A stretch of 63,718 nt of DNA, filler included, from Olpidium bornovanus S191 (GCA_017911155.1; 28 parts of 28 records of this genome joined end to end with filler, not necessarily neighbours in it); one strand, 5' to 3'; shown: positions 37,518 to 48,868, counted from the first letter of the whole stretch. Numbers and translations are program-made. Notes: generated from the sequence alone by a model not told the origin.

Positions 37518-38116
37518 CTGCTCCTCAAACTCCAGCCCCTGGTCGATCGTCCGCGGGAAGCCGTCGATGACAAACCGACTGGCCCCGGACGCGTTTATGG
37601 TGTTTTGGAGAAGGGCAATCGTCACCATCATGGGGACGATCTCGCCTTCCGTCATGCACCTCGTAATCCGCTCTCCGCACGCTGATCCCGGCCGACCCTT
37701 TTCAGCGCGGAGAAGGTCGCCCTCCTTTTTTTTTTTTTTTTTTTGTGGCGATGGGGGATAGGGCCGGGCTCGCGCGTTGCTCCAGGGAAAACATTTTTCG
37801 CTCAAGGTTGCTTGGAGCAAGTCATCAGCTTAACGACGCACCGCACACGTGAAGAAATCCGATGTTTTCTACGAGCTTTTCGCACTGCGTGCCCTTGCCG
37901 GCCCCAGGTCCGCCTGTTGGCCGCCGCAACAATTCGACGGTTGGTGGAAGCTATCGGGCATCTTCACGCCCCGGCCCGAAGGGTAACCGGGTCACGAACG
38001 GACAGGAAGCTCGGGGCGCGCATCAAGAACAAAACCAACCGTGTAGTCTTCTTTCCCCCTTGGCGTATTTTCTGAGGCGGCCCCGCCCGATTCCGCGTTA
38101 CTCAAATTTCTGTCGC
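37518..38116 (-). CDS. URA6: UMP-CMP kinase / adenylate kinase family (Ura6-like), fragment with splice-site anomalies
   Basis: TVGFVL|GGPGAGKGTQCEKLVENIGFLHV..GDLLRAE..GEIVPMMVTIALL..FVIDGFPR. Confidence 0.85.
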
Positions 38117-39867
38117 CTGCAAAGCAAAAAATGGCAGGCGGGATGTGAGTCTGTTCAATCGGCCGAGGACAAAATTGCAGAGCACCGCGAGATGCGAGAC
38201 CGCCCGTTTCCAACAGCACGGCTTTTTTTCTTCCTTCTTTCCTTTTTTTGAGGAGCGGAGTCGCAAAAGCGGGTCCGAGTGACCGCATCATCAGTTGTCT
38301 CCATCTCACTTTGCCGCTTCCAGACGAGAATTCCCCCCGGGCTCGAAGACGGCGAAGGCGGCGACGATCCGGAGGTCGCGAAGGCGCTGGAAGCGCTCCT
38401 TGCGGAGCCGGGGGGCATCTTTCTCGCGGCTCCGGCGCTCCGGTCGTGTGACCGGAGGCCGCAGCGGCGGGCGGCAGCAACGGCATCGGCGGGCCCGCCG
38501 GCGGAAAATGTGGGCGTCGGGCCCGGGCGGCCGAGAAAGGACGCGGCGGCGGACGCGCGCGCGAGACGACGGGGCCAAAGGCGGAAGGCCGCGCCGCCAG
38601 CGTCGTCCCGAGAAGAACCGCCGATCCGACCGGCGGGCGTTTCCCGCACCGGCACGGCAGGGGGACGGCGGGGGCCCGCGAGCCCGCTGCGAAAGTCGCG
38701 GAGCCACACCGGGCCGCATCGTTCTTTTCGTGGTTTTTTTTTTGAGCGAGCAGGAACTGGCCGGAGAGTGGTAGGGAGGTAGAACCCCAAAGCGAGAGGG
38801 CTCGAAAAGCTCTTATTTGAGGAAGTCGGAGGTTATCCTAACAGAAAGAAGATGGTTGGAAGCGCTGCAGGCCTTGCGAGGAGCGCGCAGTTTGAGCAAA
38901 CTGCCGGAAGACTACATCCAGGCTTGGTAGCCTTTTTTGTAAAGGTTCAGCTTCGGGAAGTCCGGAAAACGCCGTTTCAAATACTCACGTTGCTATAGAA
39001 GCTGTCTGCAGTCCCATTTCTTCACATTCCTCTCAGAACACTGTTGCTGCAGTCAAGCGTGTACTGAAAGCCTCTTTGCAAGGTGCTTTCCAAAAAAGGC
39101 CCAAGATTGTTCAAAGGAAAAGAGCAGCTGTTTGCGGTTCTGTCAAGCAATTCTGGTATCTCTTGGAGTTCAGCTTCGACCACCTAAGCAAATTCTGAAG
39201 AATTGGAAACGCGCCTGCAAAGTGGAAACGATTATTGAACCTGAGTCGGCTTCTAACGCGATGGATTGGAAATCTTTTTTGACATTCCGGAAAAAACCAT
39301 CCGTTTGATACAGTGCAAGAGTATAACGTTGAAAAAGCACTTTGCGTTTGGAGTCAAGTCGAAAGGCTTAGGGTAGGCTATCTTGAAAGCGACAAAGATG
39401 AGAATTGCACGAACGAGGAAGAGATGGGGTTTGGTTGTCATTGGGAAAACGAGGCAGCCAGGGATGCCTGGCAGTTAGCCTCGCCGCCCTCAAGAAAAGC
39501 AAAACAGCCCATGAGACAACTGGCATTGACTCAACATACCACATTGATTAGACGTATAACCATTGATGACCCCATTAATCGATTCAGAATCGCCTGTCTG
39601 TTCTATTGGATCGACTCTTTTGCTAATATATTAGTTATATATTTTACGAAATGAACGCACTAGAATCAGTGCAGTATGGTGCTATTAATTTGAGTATGAT
39701 ATGGGAATGGATTATGATAGCCATGAATGGTTATGAGAATTGATATGTATTTTAATCAGTGTAGATTATTCAGACTCATGGTGATGCCATTTTGATGCGG
39801 AGAATTTCTAACGGTGACTTGGTGGATAGTCCCTTTTTTGAATCAGAGCTTCCCATATGGCGTTGCA

Positions 39868-40330
39868 ATACTCGTTTTTGCCGTCGATCTGCAATGTACT
39901 AATGAAGCACCGCTTTTCCTTTGCGCCCGTGCCTTGAAGCGGTTGAACCTACCAAGCTCCTTGTCCTTTTTCTTGATCGGGTAGGCCCACGCAAAATGGG
40001 TTGCTTCGTCGATGAACTTACCGCGTAGCTCCTCCCTTCCCCCCGATCTATCACAGCGGCAGTGCCATGACATCTGAGTGTACCTTTTCGAGCGGGAGCT
40101 TTGCTAGCAGTCCTTCTCGTTCACGAGGTACACCCGCTTGTGTAATTTTAACAAGCGCGCATACGCACAGTGCTGTGCATATGATGGCAGCTCCCTGATC
40201 TTCTTTCGATGTGGCCTTGCGCGCTCAGAAGCTTGAGGGCGTGGTCGCTGATGTGCCCCAACCTGGCGTGCCAGTTCGCAGGAGAGCTGCCCGAGGCGAC
40301 GTGCGCAATTCCCGGCGAGAGCGCCATTTG
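39868..40330 (-). mobile_element. Degenerate Ty1/Copia GAG-pre-integrase and integrase core
   Basis: NWHARLGHISDHAL, PLEKVHSDV, FIDEATHFAWAYPIKKKD and TLQIDGKNEY, with frameshifts and stops. Confidence 0.88.
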
Positions 40331-40597
40331 CCTGCCGGCTTCTGAGCCGTCGTTGGTAATAACTGTTTGAGTTTTGTGAATTTCGCCGGGTGGGGCGTTT
40401 ATTATACAGAGGAAGATTTACGCGTTATAACGGGAACACAACATTATGGGGTTCCGACCAGACCGGTAACGAGACAGGTAGGANNNNNNNNNNNNNNNNN
40501 NNNNNNNNNNNNNNNNNNNNNNNNNNNTTAATTAATTAANNNNNNNNNNNNNNNNNNNNNNNNNNNNNNNNNNNNNNNNNNNNCCCCCGGCCGACAG

Positions 40598-41527
40598 CGG
40601 TCGTATCCTTTTTTTTTTATTTTTGCCACGCTTCCCAGCCCGGCAATCGCGCGCCCGCGCTCGCTTGTTTTGGGATTGTTCCGCTGCCGGCCGGGGCGCG
40701 TCTCCGGTTCTTGACTCGCGAATTTCGTTTCGCTTTCCCTTTCCTTTTGGCTCCCTTTGCCCCCCGTTGTGTCGACGCGCCGCTGGTAGACGTCCTCGGT
40801 ACGTGTTTCTTTTTAGGCGCGCGCGCGCCGGCGCCGCTCCGCCCCGAAGCCTGCGGGCGGCGACTTCGCGTCCCCGTGGGGCGCTCTCCCGTTTGGGCGG
40901 CGAACGGCCGCATCTCGATCCTTGGCGCGTCCGGATGCTAACCGCCCGGACCTTTGCAGTCATATCGCGCCGCGAGGTCAAGAGATTCGGCGACCTGACG
41001 CCGGAGGAGGTCGGTGATGTGTTTCGCAGCGCGCAGCTGATCAGCCGGGTGGTGGAGAAAGAGTATTCGTGTGAGTCTTTGACGATGGCCATCCAGGTAA
41101 TGCGGTCACAAGGCAAAGCGCCGTGCTCTCTGCAATTTCATGGACGTCGTTTCGTAACTCACCGGACGTTCGTTTTTCTTTTCGATAAGGACGGCCCCGC
41201 CGCAGGTCAGACTGTGCCGCATTTCCACGTCCATGTTATACCGAGGCGGTTCGGTGACTGGGCAAACAACGTGAGGGGAGGGGAGGGGAGGGGCCGCTCA
41301 GACGACGCAGCTCGTCACCGCGCGTTTTTAAGATCTTCCCTCGTCGCGGCCACCCTTCCAAATATTCGGTGGCGGATGGCCATTCCAAAAAGGATGATAT
41401 CTACGTAGAGCTGGACAGGACGAAACGTATGGGCGTGGACAACGACGAGCGCGTGCCGCGGAGTGAGGCAGATATGGCCGCTGAAGCCGCCAAGCTGCGG
41501 ACGTACTTCCCTGATTGGCAACTCTGA
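40598..41527 (+). CDS. HNT2: Fhit/Hnt2 dinucleoside triphosphate hydrolase, 5' end missing
   Basis: [47 protein letters not shown] (HIT motif)..DDIY..RSEADMAAEAAKLR. Exons 40598-40602, 40790-40798, 40960-41096 and onward. Confidence 0.93.
40603..40789 (+). other. Putative U12-type (minor spliceosome) GT-AG intron
   Basis: 5' site GTATCCTTT matches the RTATCCTTT consensus. Removing it gives in-frame GGT C|AC GTC (G-H-V). The branch point is uncertain. Confidence 0.6.
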
Positions 41528-42105
41528 TGACCGCACGGGGAATTCGCTCGGTCAGACGCTCGACGGCGCTTCCGGAGAGGGCGGAGGCCACCCTAACGAT
41601 AATAACGCGGACTCGGAGTTTGTCAAAAAGCCTGCCATCGCAACGCTCAACGATCGCACCCTTTGCGAATGAAGATAGATTAAATCACGAGATAACAACC
41701 TGCGGGACGGAGGAACAGTCAACTATATTATTTACAAGCGGAGTCGCCCGCGCAGCGCAGGGTCATTTCGATCCTTCTGAAAGGATATGACTGCCATTTT
41801 ATTTCTCCTTCCGGGTTGTAACGCGAACGGCGATAGAAATCGTTACGTCCACGGTAGGCAGCAGTGGAAGGAAGCATTTCTATCCCACGGACGCCTGCCA
41901 GGGCGCAAACGCCCGCGGAAACCGTTGCGGCTTCCAGTTTCTGGAATTAACCACAAGCGATACCGGAAAGGAGGACCAACATGAACCCCGCCCAGCTCCA
42001 TAGCTCGCGGATTTAGTCCTAGACTAGGCGAATCGGATCATGTTCTTGGAAAATGCGGTAGAACCACGTTGGATCGGCGACAAGCGACAGTTTTGTCCCA
42101 CGGCG

Positions 42106-43540
42106 TCATCTCCGCTTTGCTGGCAACTGCTCTGGGCGTGTCGAATCCCGCTTCTTCCACATGCCTCGGATTTCCGGTTCCGCCTTGACGAGCTGGGAGT
42201 ACGCCAGCATGAGGAAGTTGGTGCGAAGCGGAAAAGTTATACAGCGCGCAGGTCCAAACACGAACCCAAGGGGGGGAAAGACCGCAACGAGGAGACCAGG
42301 ACGGAACTCGGGAACACCGTTGTACCTCCTCAGACTCCACCCCGTCCCGGATGCTCTCCATGATCTTCTCTACTATCGTGAAGTAGTTCGGATCAAGCTT
42401 GTCTTCTCGAAAGCGCATAAATACCCATCCTCCCCGCTCTTCCGAATACGTGCACTCCGCAATCCGGCCGTCCAACTTCCCGTCTGCATTCATTCTAACA
42501 GCGCGCCGAAGATGTTTCCCCCAAACGGCGCGAAAACAGGAAAAAAAAACGTGCGAAAGTCAGCAAAGTCCACCATGGCAGAAGGCTGGTCCCGATGCGC
42601 GGTACGCTCCGGGCAGTGGGGGGAAAACTTACCTTTGCCATTCCTCATCAGTCACCGCCATTTCTGCCCAGAAAATCTCCGACTTGCCCTTCCCCTGCAC
42701 GTAGAGCTCCAGTTTCTGCAGTTCCTGTGGTCGCGGCGAAGCGGCATTCCCCGGCTTCGGCAATTCTTGCGATCCTGGCGAATCGGCACTCCCTGGTTTC
42801 TGTAGTTCTTGCGGTCCTGGCGAATCAGCACTACCCGCTTCTAACGGTTCTTGTGGTCGCGGTGAAGCAGCACTCTTCGACTCTTCGGCGTCAACGCTGC
42901 TTTCTTGATGCGCCGCGTCAGCTCCACTGGAACTCACAGGTGCTTCGTCATTATTGTCGCCAGGGGGTTTCGGCTCATCGGCCTCGGTTTCTGAGGCCAT
43001 CGAATCGAACCCAAAATCAAATTCTTCAAATTCCGTTTTGACAAGCCGATCGTAGTCATTCGGCCGCCTACTTTCCTTGTGGCCCGCCGCCCATTCCCTG
43101 TCGAGGGCTGACAAGTCGGTCTTCGTCTTCTTTTTTTCCACCTCGCCGGGATCGTCGTGTTGGCCATCGGCAACGTCGCCTCTGCTACGCTTCCGCGACT
43201 TGGGCGCTGCTTGTTGTCGCCCCTTCCCCAATGCTTCCCGTACAACGCGCACCCGAAAATCAACACTATTATCTGATGGTGGTTTCCACTTGAGCCTTTG
43301 GTTTTGCACCCCGGGTGAGAAGGCGCGCTCAGTAATTAAGAAGCTACTGGCCGATACGGAAAAGGCGAAAAGGCTCCGGAAGCGATAACGGGCCCTCACA
43401 TGGTATCGGTACTTCCCACGACGTAGGGCGCAAAAATCTCTGTGAAGATCAACCCGTCATTACCGTGCTTGAGGTTGGGTATATCCACGTTGAAGACCCT
43501 ACTGATGCCGTACGCAACCTGTTGCTCTTTCATCTCGATG
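42106..43540 (-). CDS. CEG1: mRNA capping enzyme guanylyltransferase, 3' part
   Basis: LKHGNDGLIFT (motif IV)..PYVVG..MLKWKPPSDNSVDF (motif V)..LDGRIAEC..WVFMRFREDK..N..VEKIMESI (motif VI). Confidence 0.93.
42707..42876 (-). repeat. Four in-frame 42-bp (14-aa) repeats inside CEG1
   Basis: SAASPRPQEPLEAG SADSPGPQELQKPG SADSPGSQELPKPG NAASPRPQELQKLE. Confidence 0.9.
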
Positions 43541-43922
43541 CTGAAAAAAAAAACACAAGCCTCTGTCAATTTCATGAACATAGCGGCGGAGTTAGCACAG
43601 GNNNNNNNNNNNNNNNNNNNNNNNNNNNNNNNNNNNNNNNNNNNNTTAATTAATTAANNNNNNNNNNNNNNNNNNNNNNNNNNNNNNNNNNNNNNNNNNN
43701 NCATGCTTGGCGGCGTCTCCGTCTCGGAGATGACCGCGAAGACGAAAAAAAAAATACTGCGCGCGCGAGAGCGCGAGGGCGGGAGTGCGGGAGCGCGAGC
43801 GGGCGGGAATGCCCGTGTGTGCGTGTTTCGCGTGAGTGCACGCGCGGGGCGCGTTTCCCCGCCGCGTCCGGGCAAAAGGCGCACGCTCCAGTGAGAGAAA
43901 AAGAACGGGTAGCGGGGAAGAG

Positions 43923-43970
<48 letters not shown>

Positions 43971-44039
43971 AGCACCCCCCCCGCCCCACACCCCCCCCCG
44001 TCTTCCCTCCTCCACAGCTCTTTTCGTCGGGGAAAAACA

Positions 44040-46013
44040 ATGTTTGCTGTGTGCAGCAGCACCGCCGCCCGCGGCACGCCTGTTGCCCTCGCCCGGAGGA
44101 GCTGCGCGCCCGCCAAGTGCCGTGCCGCGGGGGCCGCCGCCGCCCGGCAGCAGCGGGGATCGGGGCCCGCCGCCGCCGCTAACTACGCGTCCGTAGCGCC
44201 GTCCGCGCCGGTGAGGGTCGCCGGTGCTTTCGGCGGCGTCAAGGTCGTGTCCGCGGACGACGGAGCTTCCGACGCCTGCGTCCTCTCCATTGCCCTTCCT
44301 GCGGGCGCCCGGCACCAACGCGTCGGAGAGTCGGGGCTGGCCCACCATCATAAGAATTGGGCCTTCACGGTGCGCTTTTTTTTGTTGAGGCAGAGCGGGA
44401 GCCGGGTGGGGTTGGGAAGGTCGGCCGAATTTCTGTGACGGTTACAAATCATTTTCAGCATGCTGCTGACGTGTAACCCCTCTTTTTTTGTGTTGTGCAG
44501 GGCACTTTTACCAACACCGCCCTCGCCATTACCCGCGAAGCAGAAATTCACGGCGGTTCGCTCACCTCTAACCTCACCCGTGAAGCTCTCTTCCTGACTG
44601 CCGAGTTCCACCGCAAAGATTTGTACGTTCTCGCCCGGTTTGCTTTGTAGTCCGGTTAGCGTCCGCTGCCGGCGATATTTTGCGGCGCGAGAAAGTCTGC
44701 TCAGGCGCGCACCGGTCCATGGCTCGTTTGCGATGCAGCAAATTCTTTCTGGAACTCCTGCGGGACGTCGCGTACCTGACGCAGTACAACTTGCACGAGG
44801 CCGAGTTCGTCAAAGACGTCATCTCGCAGGAGGCGGCCCGTGCCTCGAAGTGCCCCGACGCCGTTGTGTGCGGAGCGTTGCACAAGACGGCTTTCCGCGC
44901 GGGTCTGGGCAACTCACTCTACACGCAGCCGGTGCGCGTCACTCCGGACGACGTCGCGGCGTTTGCCGCGCGCACGAAGGGCGAAGTGGCCGTCGCGGCC
45001 GCGGGCGTGGGGTCGGCGGAGGTGCAGCAGAGCGTCCAAGACGCGTTTGGCGCCGGCTTTGCGGAGCTGAGGGAGCGGCTGCGGGAGAAGGCGGGGTCCC
45101 GACTGGCAAACCGGCTTGAGCCACCGTCCGCCCCTGCAAAGCTGCAGGCGTCCAAATATTTCGGCGGCGAAGACAGGATCGATGCTTCTGTGGACGACGG
45201 CCACCTCGCCGTCGCGTACCCCACCGGCGCTTTTATCGGCTCGCAGACCGAAGCTGTCGCGCAAATCCTGAAAGCCCACCTCGACAATGGCGCGCCCGTC
45301 AGCTACGCCCCCTCCGTCTCTGCGCTTGCCAAGGTCGCCGCCAAAACCGGAGCTGACATCAAAGCGTTTAACTTCGCCTACTCCGATTCCGGCATCCTCG
45401 GAGTCCGCGTGCGCTGCCCCGAAGATCGTGCCGGCGACGCCGTCAAGGGGGCCGTCGCCGAGATTAAACGGGCCGCCGAAAGTTTCTCTGACGAGGAGCT
45501 CAAGATCGCCGCCACCCGCGCTAAGGTCGTCGCCCTGCAGGCCTTCCAGTCAAAAGTTTCGCTGGTGGAATACATGGGTTTGCGGGTCCGTGTGCTTTTG
45601 TCTGCTCATTGCGGGGCGTTTGCTCAGTAAACCTTGAAGCGGTTTTCTCATTTCCGTCGTTCCTTTGGACTTTTTTTTCGCTCTTGCTCTTCGGACTCGT
45701 GCGTTATTTTGCTCCTTGCGCCTATCTGTGCGTCAATACAGACGCTTGCCGGTTCCCAGGGTACGGGCGTCGCAGGTCTCATTGCGAACTTGGACAGTGT
45801 GAAATCGGCGGACGTCTCCAAGGTGCGACAAATTATGATTCCTTGCGCGGTCGTCCGTTTCCCGTCTGCTCCCGTTTCGGCGCTTCCGTACTAAGCCTTT
45901 TTTGGTGTGCGCGAAACTCGCTGCTGCAGCTCGCAACAACTATGCTCAAGTCGAAGCCTACTTTTGTTGCATACGGCAACACTCTCGCGCTTCCGTTCGC
46001 CGACTCCTTATGA
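44040..46013 (+). CDS. QCR2: Cytochrome bc1 core subunit 2 (M16 peptidase-like), complete
   Basis: Presequence, then VKVVSADD..AGARH..GLAH..AITREAEIHGG..REALFLTAEF..LHKTAFRAGLGNSL..YFGGE..AYSDSGILG..KPTFVAYGNTLALPFADSL*. Confidence 0.9.
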
Positions 46014-46275
46014 GCGACCCCCCAAAAAGCAGTTATAACGTGAAACAACGCACGTCTGAGTGGGAAAAAGATTCGGAAACAATGAGCCGAGCTTTTGCGT
46101 CTTATTTGGGGCAGCGTTACAGGAAACGTCGCATATTTAGCGAAAGCGAGGAACGCGGGCAATTTTGGTTCCATGNNNNNNNNNNNNNNNNNNNNNNNNN
46201 NNNNNNNNNNNNNNNNNNNTTAATTAATTAANNNNNNNNNNNNNNNNNNNNNNNNNNNNNNNNNNNNNNNNNNNN

Positions 46276-46950
46276 CATGTTGGGCTTCCACGAAAGCCAG
46301 TTTTCTTCGTTGAGCGGGGCAATAGTCAAACGCGCCCCCCGCAGGGCGTTGGCGTTGGTAGTGTCCATAACAGCAAGACAGAACGATGGTCGTTCGTGAA
46401 TGCCCTGCAAATGTGGAAGGCGACACGCGCGCCGCGAGTCCCTCAAAAGGGGAAAACACAGGAACAAGGACTTGCCGGCTGCCCCGTTCCCTTCGCGAAG
46501 GGGGACGGGGGCGTGAGGGGAGATAGCCTCGTTATTTCTCTGCTCGTCCGCTCCCGGGCACGCGACGACGGTCCGCTTCCGTGCGAACGACGACGGTTCG
46601 CCCGCTTCACTGGCGCTTCGCCGGTGACTTCCCTGTGTGCGCGCGGGCGCAAGTGGCGACGGTCTGCTTCCGTGCGTCCGTCTGCTTCCGCGCGCGCTTG
46701 CTTCGCCGACGACTCCGCTTTGCCCTCCGGCGCCGGCCTCTGATGCCGGCGCCCGCGCGGGCTGTTGCTAAACACGCTCCCCCTCACAGGACGACGGGCA
46801 AAGCAAGGGACGGTCCCCTTTTGGGCTCATAACCTGTAGGTCCGAGTTTATTTGGCGCGCGACGGGGAAGGGGGCTACGGAGTTACAGCGGTGGTGCGGG
46901 CCCTATTCTACGGTCACGTGACCAGCGACCATCCTCCCCAGCGGCCAACA
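46276..46950 (-). mobile_element. Ty1/Copia element 5' end: 116-bp LTR, PBS, leader and gag start
   Basis: LTR 46950-46835 reads TGTTGG..AATAAA..CTACA. PBS GGTTATGAGCCC at 46834-46823. gag ATG at 46368 reads MDTTNANALRGARLTIAPLNEENWLSWK. Confidence 0.88.
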
Positions 46951-47760
46951 GGAACCATATGTTTCGTTGCATCGGAGTCAATAACAAAGGAGGCGGCCGC
47001 CTCGGTCGATACACAGGTGCTCGACAATGCGGCGGGTGCCGCAGTGAGCACTGGCGCGGTCGGCGGTGAAGTAGACGTAGACGCGCACACAGCACGTGCC
47101 GGCTGTCAGTTTTGGCGATGGATAGGCGGTGTTCGCTTGGCATCACTGCGCTATTTTGCTTTGGCATAAAGGTCAGCAGGAATCAAAGGGCAAACCCCTG
47201 GAAAATGACCAGTCTGTCCACAGAATTTGCAAGGGAAACGAGGTGCCCGTGGGGCCTTCGGCTTTGGCCCTTCTGGGTACGAGAGGAACTGGTCCCGGTC
47301 TTTGGATTACGACGGTTGGGGCGCTCGGTTTCCGACCGGAAGGCTTGTACAAACCGGAGAGCATGTGTCTTGGGCGAGCATGTCGGGTGATAGCGGCAAA
47401 CTTTAGAGCAGCATCTTGGCAGGCCGGAAGGGAAGTAATGTTGCCGGGTATGGCGGCAACGGCGGTCCTGACAGTGTCGTTTAAACCATTAAGATAAAGG
47501 ACCATTTGGACATGGTCGTTCAATTCCCCATTGAGAATGGCAGCCGTGGCATTGAATTTCAGGGTGTGTGCCTGAGCGGTATCTGTCTGGTGAAGTTGCT
47601 GGAGTTGACGACTGACAGCCAAAGAATAGTAAGAAGGGGCAAAGTGTGTTTGAAGTAAAGCTTGGAGGGCCGGCCACGAATCATGTCCTGTGGCGCGTTT
47701 GAAGGAATTCCATAAGTCAACTGGTGCTCCAGCAAGTTTGTTAGCAGCGAGAGCGCCTTG
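46951..47760 (-). mobile_element. Older Ty1/Copia gag-protease interrupted by the element above
   Basis: gag-like LQQLHQTDT..LYLNGL; frameshifted CCHC knuckle CKFCGQTGHFPGVC (47231-47190); protease-like FVIDSDATKHMVP ending exactly at the TGTTGG LTR edge. Confidence 0.85.
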
Positions 47761-48868
47761 GTAAGCCGCTGGGATTTGCGCCAGCTAAAAATAGGTATTC
47801 AAACAATTGTAGAACTATCTGAGTGCTTGAGGTCCTCCCCTCGAATCAAATACTGGGATGTCGGTTAACATAAAATGAAGGAGCTCTCGAGGCATTGCAG
47901 ATAAATGTTGTTCGGGGGCTGGTTGGGAAAGGCGCACGCTACTTTTTTCCTTTCCCTTTACATGGGCCTTGTCCTGTGGGAGGATGCTCATGGCATGGAG
48001 TTCGGCCCGNNNNNNNNNNNNNNNNNNNNNNNNNNNNNNNNNNNNNNNNNNNNTTAATTAATTAANNNNNNNNNNNNNNNNNNNNNNNNNNNNNNNNNNN
48101 NNNNNNNNNCATGGCCTGGATCATTGAAAGCGCCTTGCAGCGCTCTCCATAACCCGCACCATTCCCCGTGCCGTCGCCTCTAATTACCGTCATCCATCAG
48201 CGCCGGCGACATAAGATCGTGTACTGGTATCTCCGGGGTGCTCGGTCTGGTCAACAATACGCAGATCGGCGTGTCCACGGCGACGCAGATAAAGGGGAAA
48301 TGTACCACGAAACACGTCTTCGATGTTGCGGGCATGCTGCCGTATCACACCTCGGCATGAAAGACGTTTTAGAAACCGGTTTTGGGGAGCTGGGAGATTG
48401 CTGCGGAAGCCGGCCGGATGAAGCTGAAAGCACGGGGGTCCCGCTGAACCACCCACTGTCGATGCCTACTCTACTCAGTTGCACAACCTGCACATCTGAC
48501 GCCGCCACCTTCCGCGCGTCTCCCTCCCCGGTGTGGCCAGCTCACGACCAGCCCCGCCTCCCGTCTTCCCCACACCTCGCTGTGAGCTGGTGCCTTGCCT
48601 CCCTTCCCCGCCCCGTGTCCGCGCATCGCGTCCGCGTTGGCGGCCAAGACCGGGCACTGCTCCGTGTTCGCCCTGCCTCGCAGCGAGGGGCGCGCCTACG
48701 CGGCCGCGTTTGAGACAATCAGCTAGACAGCTTTCAAATCCACCGCGGCCGAAGGGGCGACAGGTCCCCTCTCTCCCCTTCCCCTCTCGTGAGCGTGTGC
48801 GATCCCGCCGGTAGATCCGCGACCGCGAAGCGTTCGCAAACGCGGTAGACACGTGGGAGATCTAAGGG

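Noticed and set aside
37724-37841. GT-GG non-canonical intron in the UMP-CMP kinase gene
   Set aside because: The acceptor abuts a long A/T homopolymer, and deleting one G restores AG. A homopolymer error is more likely.
38800-39850. AT-rich island with short ORFs next to the Copia integrase
   Set aside because: No frame gives a recognisable motif. Probably decayed repeat DNA.
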